A DNA stretch of 64,000 bases from Geopsychrobacteraceae bacterium (GCA_963662315.1 OY759353.1:3104001-3168000); one strand, 5' to 3'. Positions 30,082 to 40,446 are shown, counted from the stretch's first letter. Numbers and translations are program-made. Notes: generated from the sequence alone by a model not told the origin.

Positions 30082-30837
30082 ATGGCGAATCATCCCGCGC
30101 AGATCTCTTTAACCTGCCTTGGCACTGGTGATGCTTTCGGTACTGGTGGGCGGTTACAAAGCTGTTATCACATTGCCGCCGGGCAGCAGCTGTTTCTGCT
30201 GGATTGCGGTTGCTCTGTCCTTAGCGGTTTAAAACGGCAGGGTTTATCTGCGGCACAGATAGATACAGTCTTCATCAGTCATCTCCACGGTGATCATTTT
30301 GGTGGTATCCCCTTTTTACTGCTGGACGGTAAGTATGGTGATAAACGCAGTAAGCCACTGACCCTAATCGGCCCCCCAGGCTTGCAGGAGGCGGTGGCGG
30401 GCCTGGCCAATATCCTTTATCCTGGGACCTTCAGTTCAGGCGTCACTTTTCCGGTAAAATATGTGACACTGGCTGAAGGTACGGTGATTGAACAGGATGA
30501 CTATCAGGTGCGGGCCTGGCGTATGCGTCATGGCAGTAGCGACCAGGTGTATGGCCTTCGCCTCCGTGTTGCCGGCCGGGATATAGCCTACAGTGGCGAT
30601 ACCGAATGGGTTGACAACCTGCGCTTCTTGGCTGCCGGCAGTGATCTGTTTATAGTGGAATGCTGTGGTTACCAGCAGTCTGTAGTGTCTCACCTGGATT
30701 ACCGGACGCTGCTGGCGCGTCGCGCCGAACTTGACTGTCGCAGGATGGTGTTGACCCATATGGGGCAGGATGTACTGAGCAATAAGGGCGCTCTTGAAAT
30801 CGAATTTTTAAATGATGGTGATGTTCTTTTCATTTAA
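30082..30837 (+). CDS. MBL-fold metallohydrolase (RNase Z/phosphodiesterase-like)
   Basis: LGTGDA, LLDCG, SHLHGDH, YSGDT, LTH. Confidence 0.9.
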   Translation: MANHPAQISLTCLGTGDAFGTGGRLQSCYHIAAGQQLFLLDCGCSVLSGLKRQGLSAAQIDTVFISHLHGDHFGGIPFLLLDGKYGDKRSKPLTLIGPPGLQEAVAGLANILYPGTFSSGVTFPVKYVTLAEGTVIEQDDYQVRAWRMRHGSSDQVYGLRLRVAGRDIAYSGDTEWVDNLRFLAAGSDLFIVECCGYQQSVVSHLDYRTLLARRAELDCRRMVLTHMGQDVLSNKGALEIEFLNDGDVLFI

Positions 30838-30928
30838 ACAACGCCCAGGGGCAAAAAAATGCTCTTAAATCCCAGTTGCTTACGCTTTCCTCTTGAACCT
30901 TAAAGAACTATAAGGCAAGCTGTGCAAC

Positions 30929-32215
30929 ATGCCGAAATTAGCCTTCAGTGCCATTGAACATAATCTCTCCGCATTTCTTGGCGGAGCCAAAGTTTCTCTG
31001 AACGAACTGGAAAAATGCGACCCGCCGGGGTCCGGAGAACAGCGAGGGGATATCTCTGTCCTGCTGGAGTTCGAAGGGATCGATTACCTGTTTCAGGCCA
31101 AACGCCATGAACTCAGCTTTACGGCCACGGAGCGCAGTTTTGTCAGTGAGCTGCTGACTGCTTTCCAGGGACTGTTTTCCGGTTTTTCCGCCGAAGGCTA
31201 TGCGGCTCATTTTCGTACCGCCCTGATGACTTCTTTGACTGATATTGCTGTTGCCAGGTTGATACGTGGTGATCGTAAAGAGGTTTTCTGGCCAACGCAA
31301 AGTTTGATTCAGCTGTTTAAGAACCTGTCTTACCAGCGTTATGAAGGTTCTCCGGCGACCGCAGGATTCCTGGTCTACCGGACCCATCTGGATGATTTCC
31401 TCAATGTTGTGAAAAAGACCCGCTACAACTGGATCGACCTCGGAGAAGATCGGCGCCGCATTACCCCGGATTTTTTTCGGAATCCCCTCTCCTACAGGTT
31501 TGTTGACGGCTATCAGGGGCTTTACGTCAGCGATATCCAGATGAATGTCAAGGGGACCATGCGCACCAGTGCTCCGGGGTTCAGCGACAATATCGAGCAA
31601 CTGGCCAACCGGGAGATTGTCTCGCTGCTGCCCAAGGCCGGTGATGGAGCTTTTGCCATATACGTTAACAAGGGGTCTGAGGTTGAGGTTGTCCTGGACA
31701 GCGATAAACTGCTGCTGTGGCGTAAAGGGGTCTGGGGGATTTATGACCCTGATATCGTCCGGGAATTTCTGAAAGGCAAGCTTGAACGACGTTCCATTGA
31801 ACATCTGGTCTGGGCGATCTATGCCCTGTCAAAAGCCCGCCACGGGACCGTTATTCTGATTGCCAATGATGACACCGATCTTGATGCCCTGCGTAAAGGA
31901 TCCGTTGGCGGACGGGACCCCTTGACCCGCGCGCTGATTCGCCACGTTCGCGGGCGTAAGCTCGGTTCTCTGAAACGCTCCGGTGAACTCAGCCGGATTC
32001 TCTCCTCTGACGGGCTGACGGTTATCAATCGCCATGGCGAACTGGTTGATACCGGGGTTATTATCGATACCTCGAAGGTCAGCGACCTGATTACCGGAGG
32101 CGGCCGTACCACTGCGGCCTCTGCGGCTTCTCATTTTGGCTATGTTATCAAAGTGTCCGAAGATGGGCCGGTCGATTTTTTCAGAAACGGTCAAAGTATC
32201 TATCGTTTCGACTAG
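30929..32215 (+). CDS. Protein with divergent C-terminal DisA_N/diadenylate cyclase (DAC)-like domain
   Basis: LSKARHGTVILI, SSDGLTVI, GGGRTTAA and VIKVSEDG match the DAC motif order (GALIV, DGA, GTRHRAA, VSEE). Confidence 0.7.
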   Translation: MPKLAFSAIEHNLSAFLGGAKVSLNELEKCDPPGSGEQRGDISVLLEFEGIDYLFQAKRHELSFTATERSFVSELLTAFQGLFSGFSAEGYAAHFRTALMTSLTDIAVARLIRGDRKEVFWPTQSLIQLFKNLSYQRYEGSPATAGFLVYRTHLDDFLNVVKKTRYNWIDLGEDRRRITPDFFRNPLSYRFVDGYQGLYVSDIQMNVKGTMRTSAPGFSDNIEQLANREIVSLLPKAGDGAFAIYVNKGSEVEVVLDSDKLLLWRKGVWGIYDPDIVREFLKGKLERRSIEHLVWAIYALSKARHGTVILIANDDTDLDALRKGSVGGRDPLTRALIRHVRGRKLGSLKRSGELSRILSSDGLTVINRHGELVDTGVIIDTSKVSDLITGGGRTTAASAASHFGYVIKVSEDGPVDFFRNGQSIYRFD

Positions 32216-32221
32216 TGAACG

Positions 32222-33109
32222 TCAGGCCTGCCTCTGATCTCGGTAACTGTTGAATTCGGCAATGATGTGTTGCTCGAGTGCTTCAATCAGTGGTTGTTGG
32301 CCGTTTTTGTTTTTGTAGAGCATAAGGGATGTCTGAGGTAGAACCGGCAGACCAATATCTTGTGGAACTTGCTGGAGATTGGCGGGTAAAGCACTGACGC
32401 TGAGCAAGGTGATGGCCAGACCGGCCTGAACCGCAGATTGCAGACCGACAAGCGATGCGCTTGTATAGGCAATACGGTACTCAATAGCCGCTTTTTCCAA
32501 GGCGCTCACGGCCCATTGTTTCCAACAGCAGCTGCCCTGGAACATGGCAATGGGTAACGGTCGTTGCGACAGAATATCGTGCTCCGGGCTGTAAACCCAG
32601 AGAATCGGTTCGGTACGCAGCAGGGTTGCATCTTCCAGCTCCGGTGTCATAGAACTCATAATGGCCAGATCTATTTCGCCTTTATGCAATTTCAGCATTA
32701 ATTGGCTACTTGACTCGCAGCAGACTTTGACCTGAACCCGGGGATGCGTTCGTGAAAATCGCGCCAGAATTCGAGGGAGAAAACGGGGAGCGTAATCGTC
32801 AGGAAGCCCGATTTCAACACTGCCACTTAATTCAGGGCGCTTAAGCAGTAAAAGTGCCTCTTCACTCAGCTGTAAGATCTTCCTGGCATAGCCAAGCAGA
32901 GTTCGACCGTCTGCAGTCAGTGTTAATTCCTTACGATCACGAATAAACAGAGTTTTTCCCAGCATTTCTTCGAGTTTTTTGATCTGCATGCTGATCGCCG
33001 ACTGAGTTCGGTGCACTTTTTCCGCTGCTAGGCTAAAACTGCCACTGTCAACAATAGCCACAAAACTGCGCAAAAGGTCACTGGGAATATGATTCATAAC
33101 ATGTTCCAT
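32222..33109 (-). CDS. LysR-family transcriptional regulator
   Basis: LRSFVAIVDSGSFSLAAEKVHRTQSAISMQIKKLE; GLPDDYA. Confidence 0.96.
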   Translation of the reverse strand: MEHVMNHIPSDLLRSFVAIVDSGSFSLAAEKVHRTQSAISMQIKKLEEMLGKTLFIRDRKELTLTADGRTLLGYARKILQLSEEALLLLKRPELSGSVEIGLPDDYAPRFLPRILARFSRTHPRVQVKVCCESSSQLMLKLHKGEIDLAIMSSMTPELEDATLLRTEPILWVYSPEHDILSQRPLPIAMFQGSCCWKQWAVSALEKAAIEYRIAYTSASLVGLQSAVQAGLAITLLSVSALPANLQQVPQDIGLPVLPQTSLMLYKNKNGQQPLIEALEQHIIAEFNSYRDQRQA

Positions 33110-33122
33110 CAGAAAAATTGAT
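33108..33122. promoter_or_regulatory. LysR binding site (ATC-N9-GAT)
   Basis: ATCAGAAAAATTGAT between divergent lysR and DUF1127 genes; fits T-N11-A. Confidence 0.55.
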
Positions 33123-33204
33123 AATCAACATCAAATATATTCGTTTGATAAATATTAAGCGCCTCTGCATAGTGATTGTCAACAACTAAAAAGGAGGTGG
33201 CCTC

Positions 33205-33558
33205 ATGGCTGATCATATTAAGAGTGAAAAACGTTATGGCAAGGGGTGGCTGAATCAGTGGTGGCAGAAGGTCATTCAGCATTTGTTCTATTGGCATGAT
33301 CGCCATGAACTACAACGAATGGATGACCGCATGCTCAAGGATATCGGACTGTCTCGAGCGGATGTTAAACGTATGGCGGGTAGTCGCTGGCAACGTACTG
33401 AGCCGTTAACATACGAGCAATATATGAAGCTGGATGAATTGCAGTTGATGGCTTTTTATAAACTGCGCGCTGAAAAACATCTGCACAGAACCGATGCTCA
33501 GCCCCAGAGGTGCGCTTGTGGCAGAGAATCCTCTCAAACAACAGAGCCTGGCTGCTGA
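33205..33558 (+). CDS. DUF1127-domain small protein
   Basis: RHELQRMDDRMLKDIGLSRADV signature; AAGGAGG RBS. Confidence 0.85.
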   Translation: MADHIKSEKRYGKGWLNQWWQKVIQHLFYWHDRHELQRMDDRMLKDIGLSRADVKRMAGSRWQRTEPLTYEQYMKLDELQLMAFYKLRAEKHLHRTDAQPQRCACGRESSQTTEPGC

Positions 33559-34631
33559 TAGCGTTGCAGAATGAGCTCGATGTCATCACTCACGCTGACC
33601 AGAAGGTCAACCAGGCGCGGCTCAAAAATTTTACCGCGGTTCTCGGTAATATATTCCATGGTGGCCTTGTGGCTCCAGGCTTCCTTGTAATGGCGTTTCT
33701 GGCGCAGCGCATCGTAAATATCGGCAATGCAGGTAATCCGGCCGAAAATATGGATTTTGTCACCTTTCAGGCCATTTGGGTAACCCTGCCCGTCCCAGCG
33801 TTCATGGTGCTGGGCCGCAATAATCGCACCGGCCTGAATGATCGGTTGTTCGGAGTTACTCAACATTTGCGCACCAATGGTGGTGTGGGTTTTGATCAGG
33901 TCAAATTCTTCCGGGGTCAAGCGGCCCGCTTTGTTGAGAACCGCATCGGGAATCCCTATTTTACCGACGTCATGCAGTGGTGACGCCATCCGCAGTTTTT
34001 CGGCATCCTCTTTGGTCAGTCCGTACCTTAAAGCGAGCAGGCGCGATATGTAAGCAACCCGGCGGACATGATTTCCGGTTTCCTGGGAGCGAGTTTCAAT
34101 CACGTCACCAAGCTTTACTGCCAGCTCTTTCTGGGTGTCTATCAGTTGTAAATTCAGGCGTTGAATCGCCTGTGTCTTCTGCTCAACAAGCTGTTCCAGG
34201 TGTTCCCGGTAAAGACGATTCTGCAGCAGCAGGTGAGCTTTCTCTTCGAGCAGCTTGACTTTGTGCAACAGCAGGTTGGGATCATTGATCGGTTTGGAAA
34301 TGAAATCCCAACCCCCTTCGGAAATGGTCTGCATCGCTTCACTGATGAGACCGACCCCGGAAATAATCAGTTTGGGGATGTCGGGATGGCTGGCAGTGAT
34401 GGTGGTGAGAAGCGTATGTCCTGACAAGACAGGCATGTGAAGATCAAGGATAATCAGATCCGGTATGTCTGCATAGAAGCGTTCAAGCCCTTCCCTGCCG
34501 TTATGAGCCAGGGTCGTTGCGTAACCGAAATCCTCAAAAAAAGCAGCAAGATTTTCGCAGATGGAAACTTCATCATCAACCAGGAGAATCTTGGTTATCT
34601 GATAAGGTTGGGTCCAGGATTCTTCCGCCAT
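33534..34631 (-). CDS. Response regulator with HD-GYP phosphodiesterase domain
   Basis: REC domain (LLVDD, LDLHMP, KP); HDVGK, HHERWDGQGYP. Confidence 0.95.
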   Translation of the reverse strand: MAEESWTQPYQITKILLVDDEVSICENLAAFFEDFGYATTLAHNGREGLERFYADIPDLIILDLHMPVLSGHTLLTTITASHPDIPKLIISGVGLISEAMQTISEGGWDFISKPINDPNLLLHKVKLLEEKAHLLLQNRLYREHLEQLVEQKTQAIQRLNLQLIDTQKELAVKLGDVIETRSQETGNHVRRVAYISRLLALRYGLTKEDAEKLRMASPLHDVGKIGIPDAVLNKAGRLTPEEFDLIKTHTTIGAQMLSNSEQPIIQAGAIIAAQHHERWDGQGYPNGLKGDKIHIFGRITCIADIYDALRQKRHYKEAWSHKATMEYITENRGKIFEPRLVDLLVSVSDDIELILQRYQQPGSVV

Positions 34632-34637
34632 GCCGCG

Positions 34638-37046
34638 TTATCCCCTAGGCAGTTTAATGGTAAAGGTGGTTCCCTGATCAATAGCTGAATCGACCTGAAA
34701 TTGACCTTGATGACGCTTAACGATAATAAAATAGGCGACTGACAGTCCAAGTCCGGTGCCGACACCTATTTCCTTGGTCGTAAAAAATGGCTCGAAAATC
34801 CGCAATTTAATTGCGTCCGGTATGCCAGGTCCGTTGTCTTTAAAGGTAATTATAACATGGTCTTCGCTGGCTTTGGCAGCCAGGACTATTTCCGGAGTAA
34901 AGCCATCCCGTTTAATCTCTGCCAGGGCCTGGCAGGCATTTTTAATCAGATTAAAAAAGACCTGGACTATTTCAATACGATTGACTCGGATTTCCGCCAT
35001 CTTGTCAGGAATCTCCCGAGTGATCACTGTTTGGCGGAAATTAAACTTTTTCTTCAACTCATAATCGTTCCAGGCCATTTCCATCGCATTGTCAATGAGC
35101 TGCTGAACCGAACAGATTTCACGCTCTGAGGCGGAGCTTGCCGTAAAGTTCAACATCGTCTGGATAATATCGGCACTGCGCTCGACGGCATGGGCAATAT
35201 TGTCAAGAAATGAGGTGATACTGCGTTGTTCCAGATACAGTTGCAACTGGTCAAGGTCAATGCCGAGCTCCTCCGCTATTTTACGATTGGCGGGTAAGGT
35301 ATTGGATAACCTCCTCCTGGTGTTCTGGGCCGCTTGACTGATAATACTCAAAGGATTATTGATTTCATGAGCCAGGCCCGCTGCCAGACCCCCGATAGAC
35401 ATCATCTTCTCAGTTTGCACCATCATTTCTTCAAAGCGCGCCTGATTGGTGATGTCGTCAATGCGGATCACCAGATGCAAGGGATTGCTGGTTGAAAGCG
35501 GGTAGGCGGAGATGCTGATATTCTGAGATTCACCATTTTCCCTCAAGGACAGATTGTGCTGAAACGTCAGGCGCTCCCGGCAAGTCTGAACGATTTCCGG
35601 AAACAGATTGTGCAGGTATGGAAGTAAGCTGGTAATGTTACTGCCGGTGGCTTGTTGTTGATTGATCTGCAATTTTTCACTGGCATATTTATTCCAGTGG
35701 ATAACATGACCTTCGCTATCAACAGCTGCAATAATCGATGGCATGGCATCGATGATATTACCCAATTGATCCCGGTATTCTCGGGCCTCACGTTCCAAAT
35801 GCTGACGCTCTTCAAGCATCAGGTTGGCAGACATGGCCAGTTGCCTGAACTCTTTAAAACTCTGGCTGCTATAATCAAGAGGGATATTGTCTCGGGCGCA
35901 ACGGTCAAAAAAGTTCTGAAAATTATTGAAACTAGAGGCGACAATCTGCTTCTGTTTTCTTGAAACCAGCCAGCCGATTGCAACAAACACAATCAGGGTT
36001 GTGCTTAAGGCTGCGAGTTTATATTTCATGGCGGTTTTCTGTGCCGCCAGCATTGTGGCTATTTCCTGGTCAAGGTCGGCGACAAAATCGCCAGTTCCCA
36101 CATACCATTGCCAGTCTGGAACCGGTGCAACGTAGCTGATTTTCGGGGCGGTTTTGTCACCTGCCAGAGGCGGCATAACATATTCAAGATACCCTCCCCC
36201 TTGCTTGGCCAGGCGGATGAATTCCTGGACTATTTTGACACCATTATTATCGGTAACCTCGAGCATATTGCGTCCCCGTGCCGGGTAGGTGAGGCTGACA
36301 CCATCGTAGGTGGTCATAAAAATGTAGGTATCATTGCTAAAGCGCAGCTTTTCAATCTGATTGATCAGAGCCTGTTGAGTGCTTGCTTCGATATCGCTGA
36401 TGTATTCTCCGGTGCCGATCAGCCAATTAAATGGTGCGAAGTATTTCACATAGGAAACTTTCGCACACTCTGTTTGGCCTTTTCCGCCGGGTTTTGGCCA
36501 ATGGTAGGTTAAACTTCCTTCTTGATCTTCCTGTGCGATTTCGATCAGGGATTTAACAACCTCCTGGTGTTGAGAATTTTTTAAATAAGAAAAACTATGA
36601 TTTTCAAGAGACGGAGCTGGTGGGTAGAGTTCAACCACGCCATCAAGGCTGAGGGCAAAAAAGTAGCCGCGCCCATTGTTGTAACGCAGGTTCCGTAATG
36701 AGGAGATGATCAGATCCTTGACCATGTCCGGGGGATAGTGCCGTTCTTGTTTCCGGTACAACTCCGAGACCATTTCAAAGGCTTCAAGGGTGCGGTTTCT
36801 GGCAGTAGCAACGGCATTGTTATGAATCTGCTGGCGTTCATATTTGATCAGGTCAAGAGCAATCTGGACATGTTCTTTTTGCGTTTTGCGTTGCATTTTC
36901 TTGGTCTGGTGCAGCAACAGGTCTGTTTCATTCTGCAGCTGAAGGAAGCTACTGATCAGCCAGAATGCACCAATAACCACAATGGAAACAGTAATTCCCA
37001 GCAGCAGTCGAACATAAAAACTGCGAGTTAGGCTGTGTTGTGTCAT
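34638..37046 (-). CDS. Sensor histidine kinase (tandem Cache domains, PAS, HisKA, HATPase)
   Basis: Cache-like repeats (GYFFAL...KVSYVKYF; YIFM...KISYV), AHEINNPL, DNGPG, FEPFFTTK, GTGLGL. Confidence 0.93.
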   Translation of the reverse strand: MTQHSLTRSFYVRLLLGITVSIVVIGAFWLISSFLQLQNETDLLLHQTKKMQRKTQKEHVQIALDLIKYERQQIHNNAVATARNRTLEAFEMVSELYRKQERHYPPDMVKDLIISSLRNLRYNNGRGYFFALSLDGVVELYPPAPSLENHSFSYLKNSQHQEVVKSLIEIAQEDQEGSLTYHWPKPGGKGQTECAKVSYVKYFAPFNWLIGTGEYISDIEASTQQALINQIEKLRFSNDTYIFMTTYDGVSLTYPARGRNMLEVTDNNGVKIVQEFIRLAKQGGGYLEYVMPPLAGDKTAPKISYVAPVPDWQWYVGTGDFVADLDQEIATMLAAQKTAMKYKLAALSTTLIVFVAIGWLVSRKQKQIVASSFNNFQNFFDRCARDNIPLDYSSQSFKEFRQLAMSANLMLEERQHLEREAREYRDQLGNIIDAMPSIIAAVDSEGHVIHWNKYASEKLQINQQQATGSNITSLLPYLHNLFPEIVQTCRERLTFQHNLSLRENGESQNISISAYPLSTSNPLHLVIRIDDITNQARFEEMMVQTEKMMSIGGLAAGLAHEINNPLSIISQAAQNTRRRLSNTLPANRKIAEELGIDLDQLQLYLEQRSITSFLDNIAHAVERSADIIQTMLNFTASSASEREICSVQQLIDNAMEMAWNDYELKKKFNFRQTVITREIPDKMAEIRVNRIEIVQVFFNLIKNACQALAEIKRDGFTPEIVLAAKASEDHVIITFKDNGPGIPDAIKLRIFEPFFTTKEIGVGTGLGLSVAYFIIVKRHQGQFQVDSAIDQGTTFTIKLPRG

Positions 37047-37484
37047 AGGTGATTCCCCGGACCAAAAACATGATGTAGATATCCGCTTCGCTCCAGTGGG
37101 AAGATCAGAACTTAAGAACTTATTATCTCCAGGCAAACATGCACCCTTGCAGGGAGAAGTTCCTCGCCTGTTCTGGAGTGTTACAGAAGTAAACCGGATA
37201 TTCAAAAAAAATATAACAGCAAATATAGCATTAAGCTGAGCCAAGCACACTCACTGATTGATCTTATAAACTTGAAAACTTTAAAAAAATGGCCAGGGAG
37301 GGCATTAGGTTAACTGAAACGTGGCTTTTGTCATGCCGGGCTGAATCATCAGGCCAGGAATCAGCGGGGCGACTATATGCAGGGCAAAAATCTGCTTAAC
37401 CGATCGATCGTTAATCAGTATCACCAGATATCAAGAAACGCTTCAAGACAAAAAAAGGAAAACACCTTATTGATGCCCATAGGT

Positions 37485-37991
37485 TTACAGCGAAGAGCGA
37501 CGTTCCATGGCCGCTTCAATAATCAGACCGGTGGGAATGCCAATCGCCAGAGTGACGGCCGCACGACCTATGGTAAACGGCCAGCCTAAAAAGCCGCTTT
37601 CGATAGGAAGCATCTGCAGTTTTACGGCATAACTGGTCAGGACAATCGCAACAACCGCCCAACGTGCTCCCTGCTTGCGAATTTCCATCAGTAACGGAAA
37701 CACCAGGTACGCAGGACCAATAAGCAAGGTGCCGCAGAATGATGCGAGCAACAGACTCTTGATACCACTGTCGCGGCCGAGCAACCGCACGATCACATCG
37801 CGACTGATCCATACCTGCAACAGACCAATCAGACCAAATACAGCCATAATCAGCAGGATCACCGATCCGAAGATATTTAAAGTGGTGTGCAGGGCTGCCA
37901 TGGCTCGCTCAGGACGGATCGAAAACGTCACCACATAGAGAGCCAGGGTCAAGTACAGTAACCAGTGAGAACGTAAACTGCGCATAATCAT
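37485..37991 (-). CDS. Predicted permease (DUF318/ArsP-like), subunit 2
   Basis: Hydrophobic; LIGLLQVWI, GPAYLVFPL; ATGA overlap with the upstream paralogue. Confidence 0.75.
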   Translation of the reverse strand: MIMRSLRSHWLLYLTLALYVVTFSIRPERAMAALHTTLNIFGSVILLIMAVFGLIGLLQVWISRDVIVRLLGRDSGIKSLLLASFCGTLLIGPAYLVFPLLMEIRKQGARWAVVAIVLTSYAVKLQMLPIESGFLGWPFTIGRAAVTLAIGIPTGLIIEAAMERRSSL

Positions 37992-38470
37992 AACAATAAC
38001 CCAAGAGCCAGACCGGCGAGCATGGCAGCGACAAAGCTGATGCTGTTGCGCAGTACCGCGAAGCGCAGGCTGAAAATAGAGGCTTCGAACGGCAGGGTGA
38101 TGATGCCGATAGAGATCCAGCTGAAAATAAAAGCCGCCACGGCAGGTGGCCAGGCTCCCGATTGTAGCAGCGTCTGGGCTAATGGGTAGGCCGCAATTGG
38201 TGGACCAATAGAGATTGCCCCGACAATGGTACTGATCACAAGAGCAACGGGGCCTTCGGTGCGACTGAAAAAAGCCGATATGGTCGCCGGTGGTACAAAT
38301 TCCTGGAACAGTCCGATCAGGCCGAATATGGCCAGCAGAAAGGGAATCATTTTGAACAGTGATTTTTTGACAACTATAAGGGACTGAATGGTTTTGGAGC
38401 GGTTTTTGAGCGCCAGTATCAGGTAACAACTTCCGATAATGACAAGATAAATCAGACCGATTTTTAGCAT
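37988..38470 (-). CDS. Predicted permease (DUF318/ArsP-like), subunit 1
   Basis: LIGLFQEFVP, GPPIAAYPLA; paralogue of the downstream gene. Confidence 0.75.
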   Translation of the reverse strand: MLKIGLIYLVIIGSCYLILALKNRSKTIQSLIVVKKSLFKMIPFLLAIFGLIGLFQEFVPPATISAFFSRTEGPVALVISTIVGAISIGPPIAAYPLAQTLLQSGAWPPAVAAFIFSWISIGIITLPFEASIFSLRFAVLRNSISFVAAMLAGLALGLLL

Positions 38471-38542
38471 AGGCGCTATAACCTTATGAACAGACCGAAT
38501 TAAAAATTTTGCCAGGCGCTCAGGATAACATTTTTCCGTATC

Positions 38543-39070
38543 TTAAAGGGAGGCCTGTTGGCGAACATATTCGAAAGCAACGATAGAAGAGGCAACGCTC
38601 ACATTAAGGCTCTGGACACTGCCGAACTGAGGAATGCTTAAAGATCGGATCGCTGGGTAGATGGCTGGATCAAAGCTGAAGCCGAATTCTTCATGACCAA
38701 AAATAAAGGCGGCTTTAGGGGGAAAATGGCAGGTGCACAGATCATGCTCGGCATCAGGAGTCAGACGGAAAAATTGATAACCACCAGCGGCCAGTTGCTC
38801 ATAGCAGGTCGCGAAATTTTCGTGAAAAACGGCGGGAACTTTGCGAAATGAACCCTTGGCCGGAGCCGGATCAAACGGTCCGATATTGATCAGATGAACC
38901 GCCGCGGCCCCAAAAGCTTCGGCGCTGCGGAAAATCTTGGGGACATTAAAGCCCGGCTTAAGATGGTCAAGAACCAGAATGAAATCGTGGTTTCCCGGCT
39001 TGGCGAGGATATTTTTGCGGCGTTCTTTTTCGTAACGCAGTAACGCATTGCGTTCGTGTCGGTTGGCCAT
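38543..39070 (-). CDS. SpoU/TrmH-family RNA methyltransferase
   Basis: LVLDHL...NVPKIFRSAEAFG, IFGHEEFG, IPQFGSVQSLNVSVA. Confidence 0.9.
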   Translation of the reverse strand: MANRHERNALLRYEKERRKNILAKPGNHDFILVLDHLKPGFNVPKIFRSAEAFGAAAVHLINIGPFDPAPAKGSFRKVPAVFHENFATCYEQLAAGGYQFFRLTPDAEHDLCTCHFPPKAAFIFGHEEFGFSFDPAIYPAIRSLSIPQFGSVQSLNVSVASSIVAFEYVRQQASL

Positions 39071-39240
39071 TATCTTTCCATAGCGATGAAGTTTGCCTAT
39101 TCGTAACAGTGTGTGGAGCAGGATCATACCTGTTACAGAGTCTAATGCCCAGCATTAAAGGGGAATTTTCTGGGAGCAGGCATATTGGAGCGCAGAAAAG
39201 CGCTCCTGACAGGTGAATGTCGGCTGAGCCTGCCAGGCTG

Positions 39241-40236
39241 TTACGGGTGGATGCCGCATGACTGACGCACAATCAGTTCGCACGACAGGACCACCTGCCG
39301 TGGCGGGCGTTGTGGATTCGCTATTCTCTTGAAAAGCATCTCGCCAGCAGTCTGGCCTATGGCGTAGGTAGGCTGCTTGACCACCGTAATGGCCGGTCGT
39401 GTCATTGGTGTCCAGGGGGATTCATCGAAGGTTGCAAAGGCAATAGCATGGGGTACGGCAACCTCTTTATCGCGGATGGCCCGGAATGCTCCCCCGGCCA
39501 GCAGCCCACTACTGGTAATCACGGCATCAGGCGGATTGGGGAGTTGGAGTAATCCGGTCATGGCCGCATGTCCGCCATCCTCTCGGGCCGGGACTTCGAT
39601 GATCAGATTTTCGTCAGGCGTTAGGCCGGCATCACGAAAGGCAGAGAAAAAACCGTCCCGCCGTTCACGGCCAGTGACGCTTCTTGCGCCAAATATCCCG
39701 GCAATACGCTGATAACCATGTTCCAGCATATGATGAGTCAGCATTTTTGCTGCGGCGTTGTTATTAATGACGACACTGTCCACATTTGTGTTGCTGACCT
39801 TGCGGTCTATAATCACCAGGGGGCCATTACTGGCGAGGTTTTCCTGAAAATTATCGGCCAGTTTTGTGGTTGGCGCGAGAATAATTCCTGCAGCATTTTC
39901 ATCCTGCATAAGTTCCAAATATTGCTTCTCCTTGTCAGGATTTTCGTCTGAGTTACAGAGGATGACGCTGTAATTATGCTGCTGGGCAACATCTTCAACC
40001 GCCCGGCAGACTGAGGCGAAAAACGGGTTCTGAATGTCGGCGACAATCAGGCCGATGGAGCTGGTGGTTTTTGACCGCAGGCTGCGAGCGGCCCGGTTTG
40101 GTGAATAGTTCATGGCCTTGACAACCGCAAGAACCTTCTCCTTAACCTCGGGCCTGACATTCTGCTTGCCGCTGAGTACACGCGAAACCGTTGCTGTTGA
40201 AACCCCGGACGCCTCAGCAATATCTTTAATCTTCAT
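39241..40236 (-). CDS. LacI-family repressor of the fructose operon
   Basis: IKDIAEASGVSTATVSRVL HTH; divergent from fructose PTS genes. Confidence 0.95.
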   Translation of the reverse strand: MKIKDIAEASGVSTATVSRVLSGKQNVRPEVKEKVLAVVKAMNYSPNRAARSLRSKTTSSIGLIVADIQNPFFASVCRAVEDVAQQHNYSVILCNSDENPDKEKQYLELMQDENAAGIILAPTTKLADNFQENLASNGPLVIIDRKVSNTNVDSVVINNNAAAKMLTHHMLEHGYQRIAGIFGARSVTGRERRDGFFSAFRDAGLTPDENLIIEVPAREDGGHAAMTGLLQLPNPPDAVITSSGLLAGGAFRAIRDKEVAVPHAIAFATFDESPWTPMTRPAITVVKQPTYAIGQTAGEMLFKRIANPQRPPRQVVLSCELIVRQSCGIHP

Positions 40237-40260
40237 AATACGACTCCTGTAAGCTCTAAA

Positions 40261-40274
40261 TGTAATCCATTACA
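40261..40274. promoter_or_regulatory. Auxiliary LacI-type operator
   Basis: TGTAATCCATTACA, one mismatch from the main operator; a third weaker copy AGTAATCGATGTCA at 40387. Confidence 0.7.
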
Positions 40275-40446
40275 GAGCTCACATCAATAGCTTCATTTTC
40301 CCCAGGAACCACTTCAGTATTCTGCCTGATAACCTTATCCGCCTAGTATTGTTAATTATTTCAATGCGAGGACTCAAAACTTAAAAAGTAATCGATGTCA
40401 GGATGAATATAGCTGAAATTTCGCTATAATTTAAAGAGAAAATATT

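Noticed and set aside
37485..38429. 314-aa ORF in the track
   Set aside because: Its 5' half overlaps the upstream permease out of frame; the real start is near 37991
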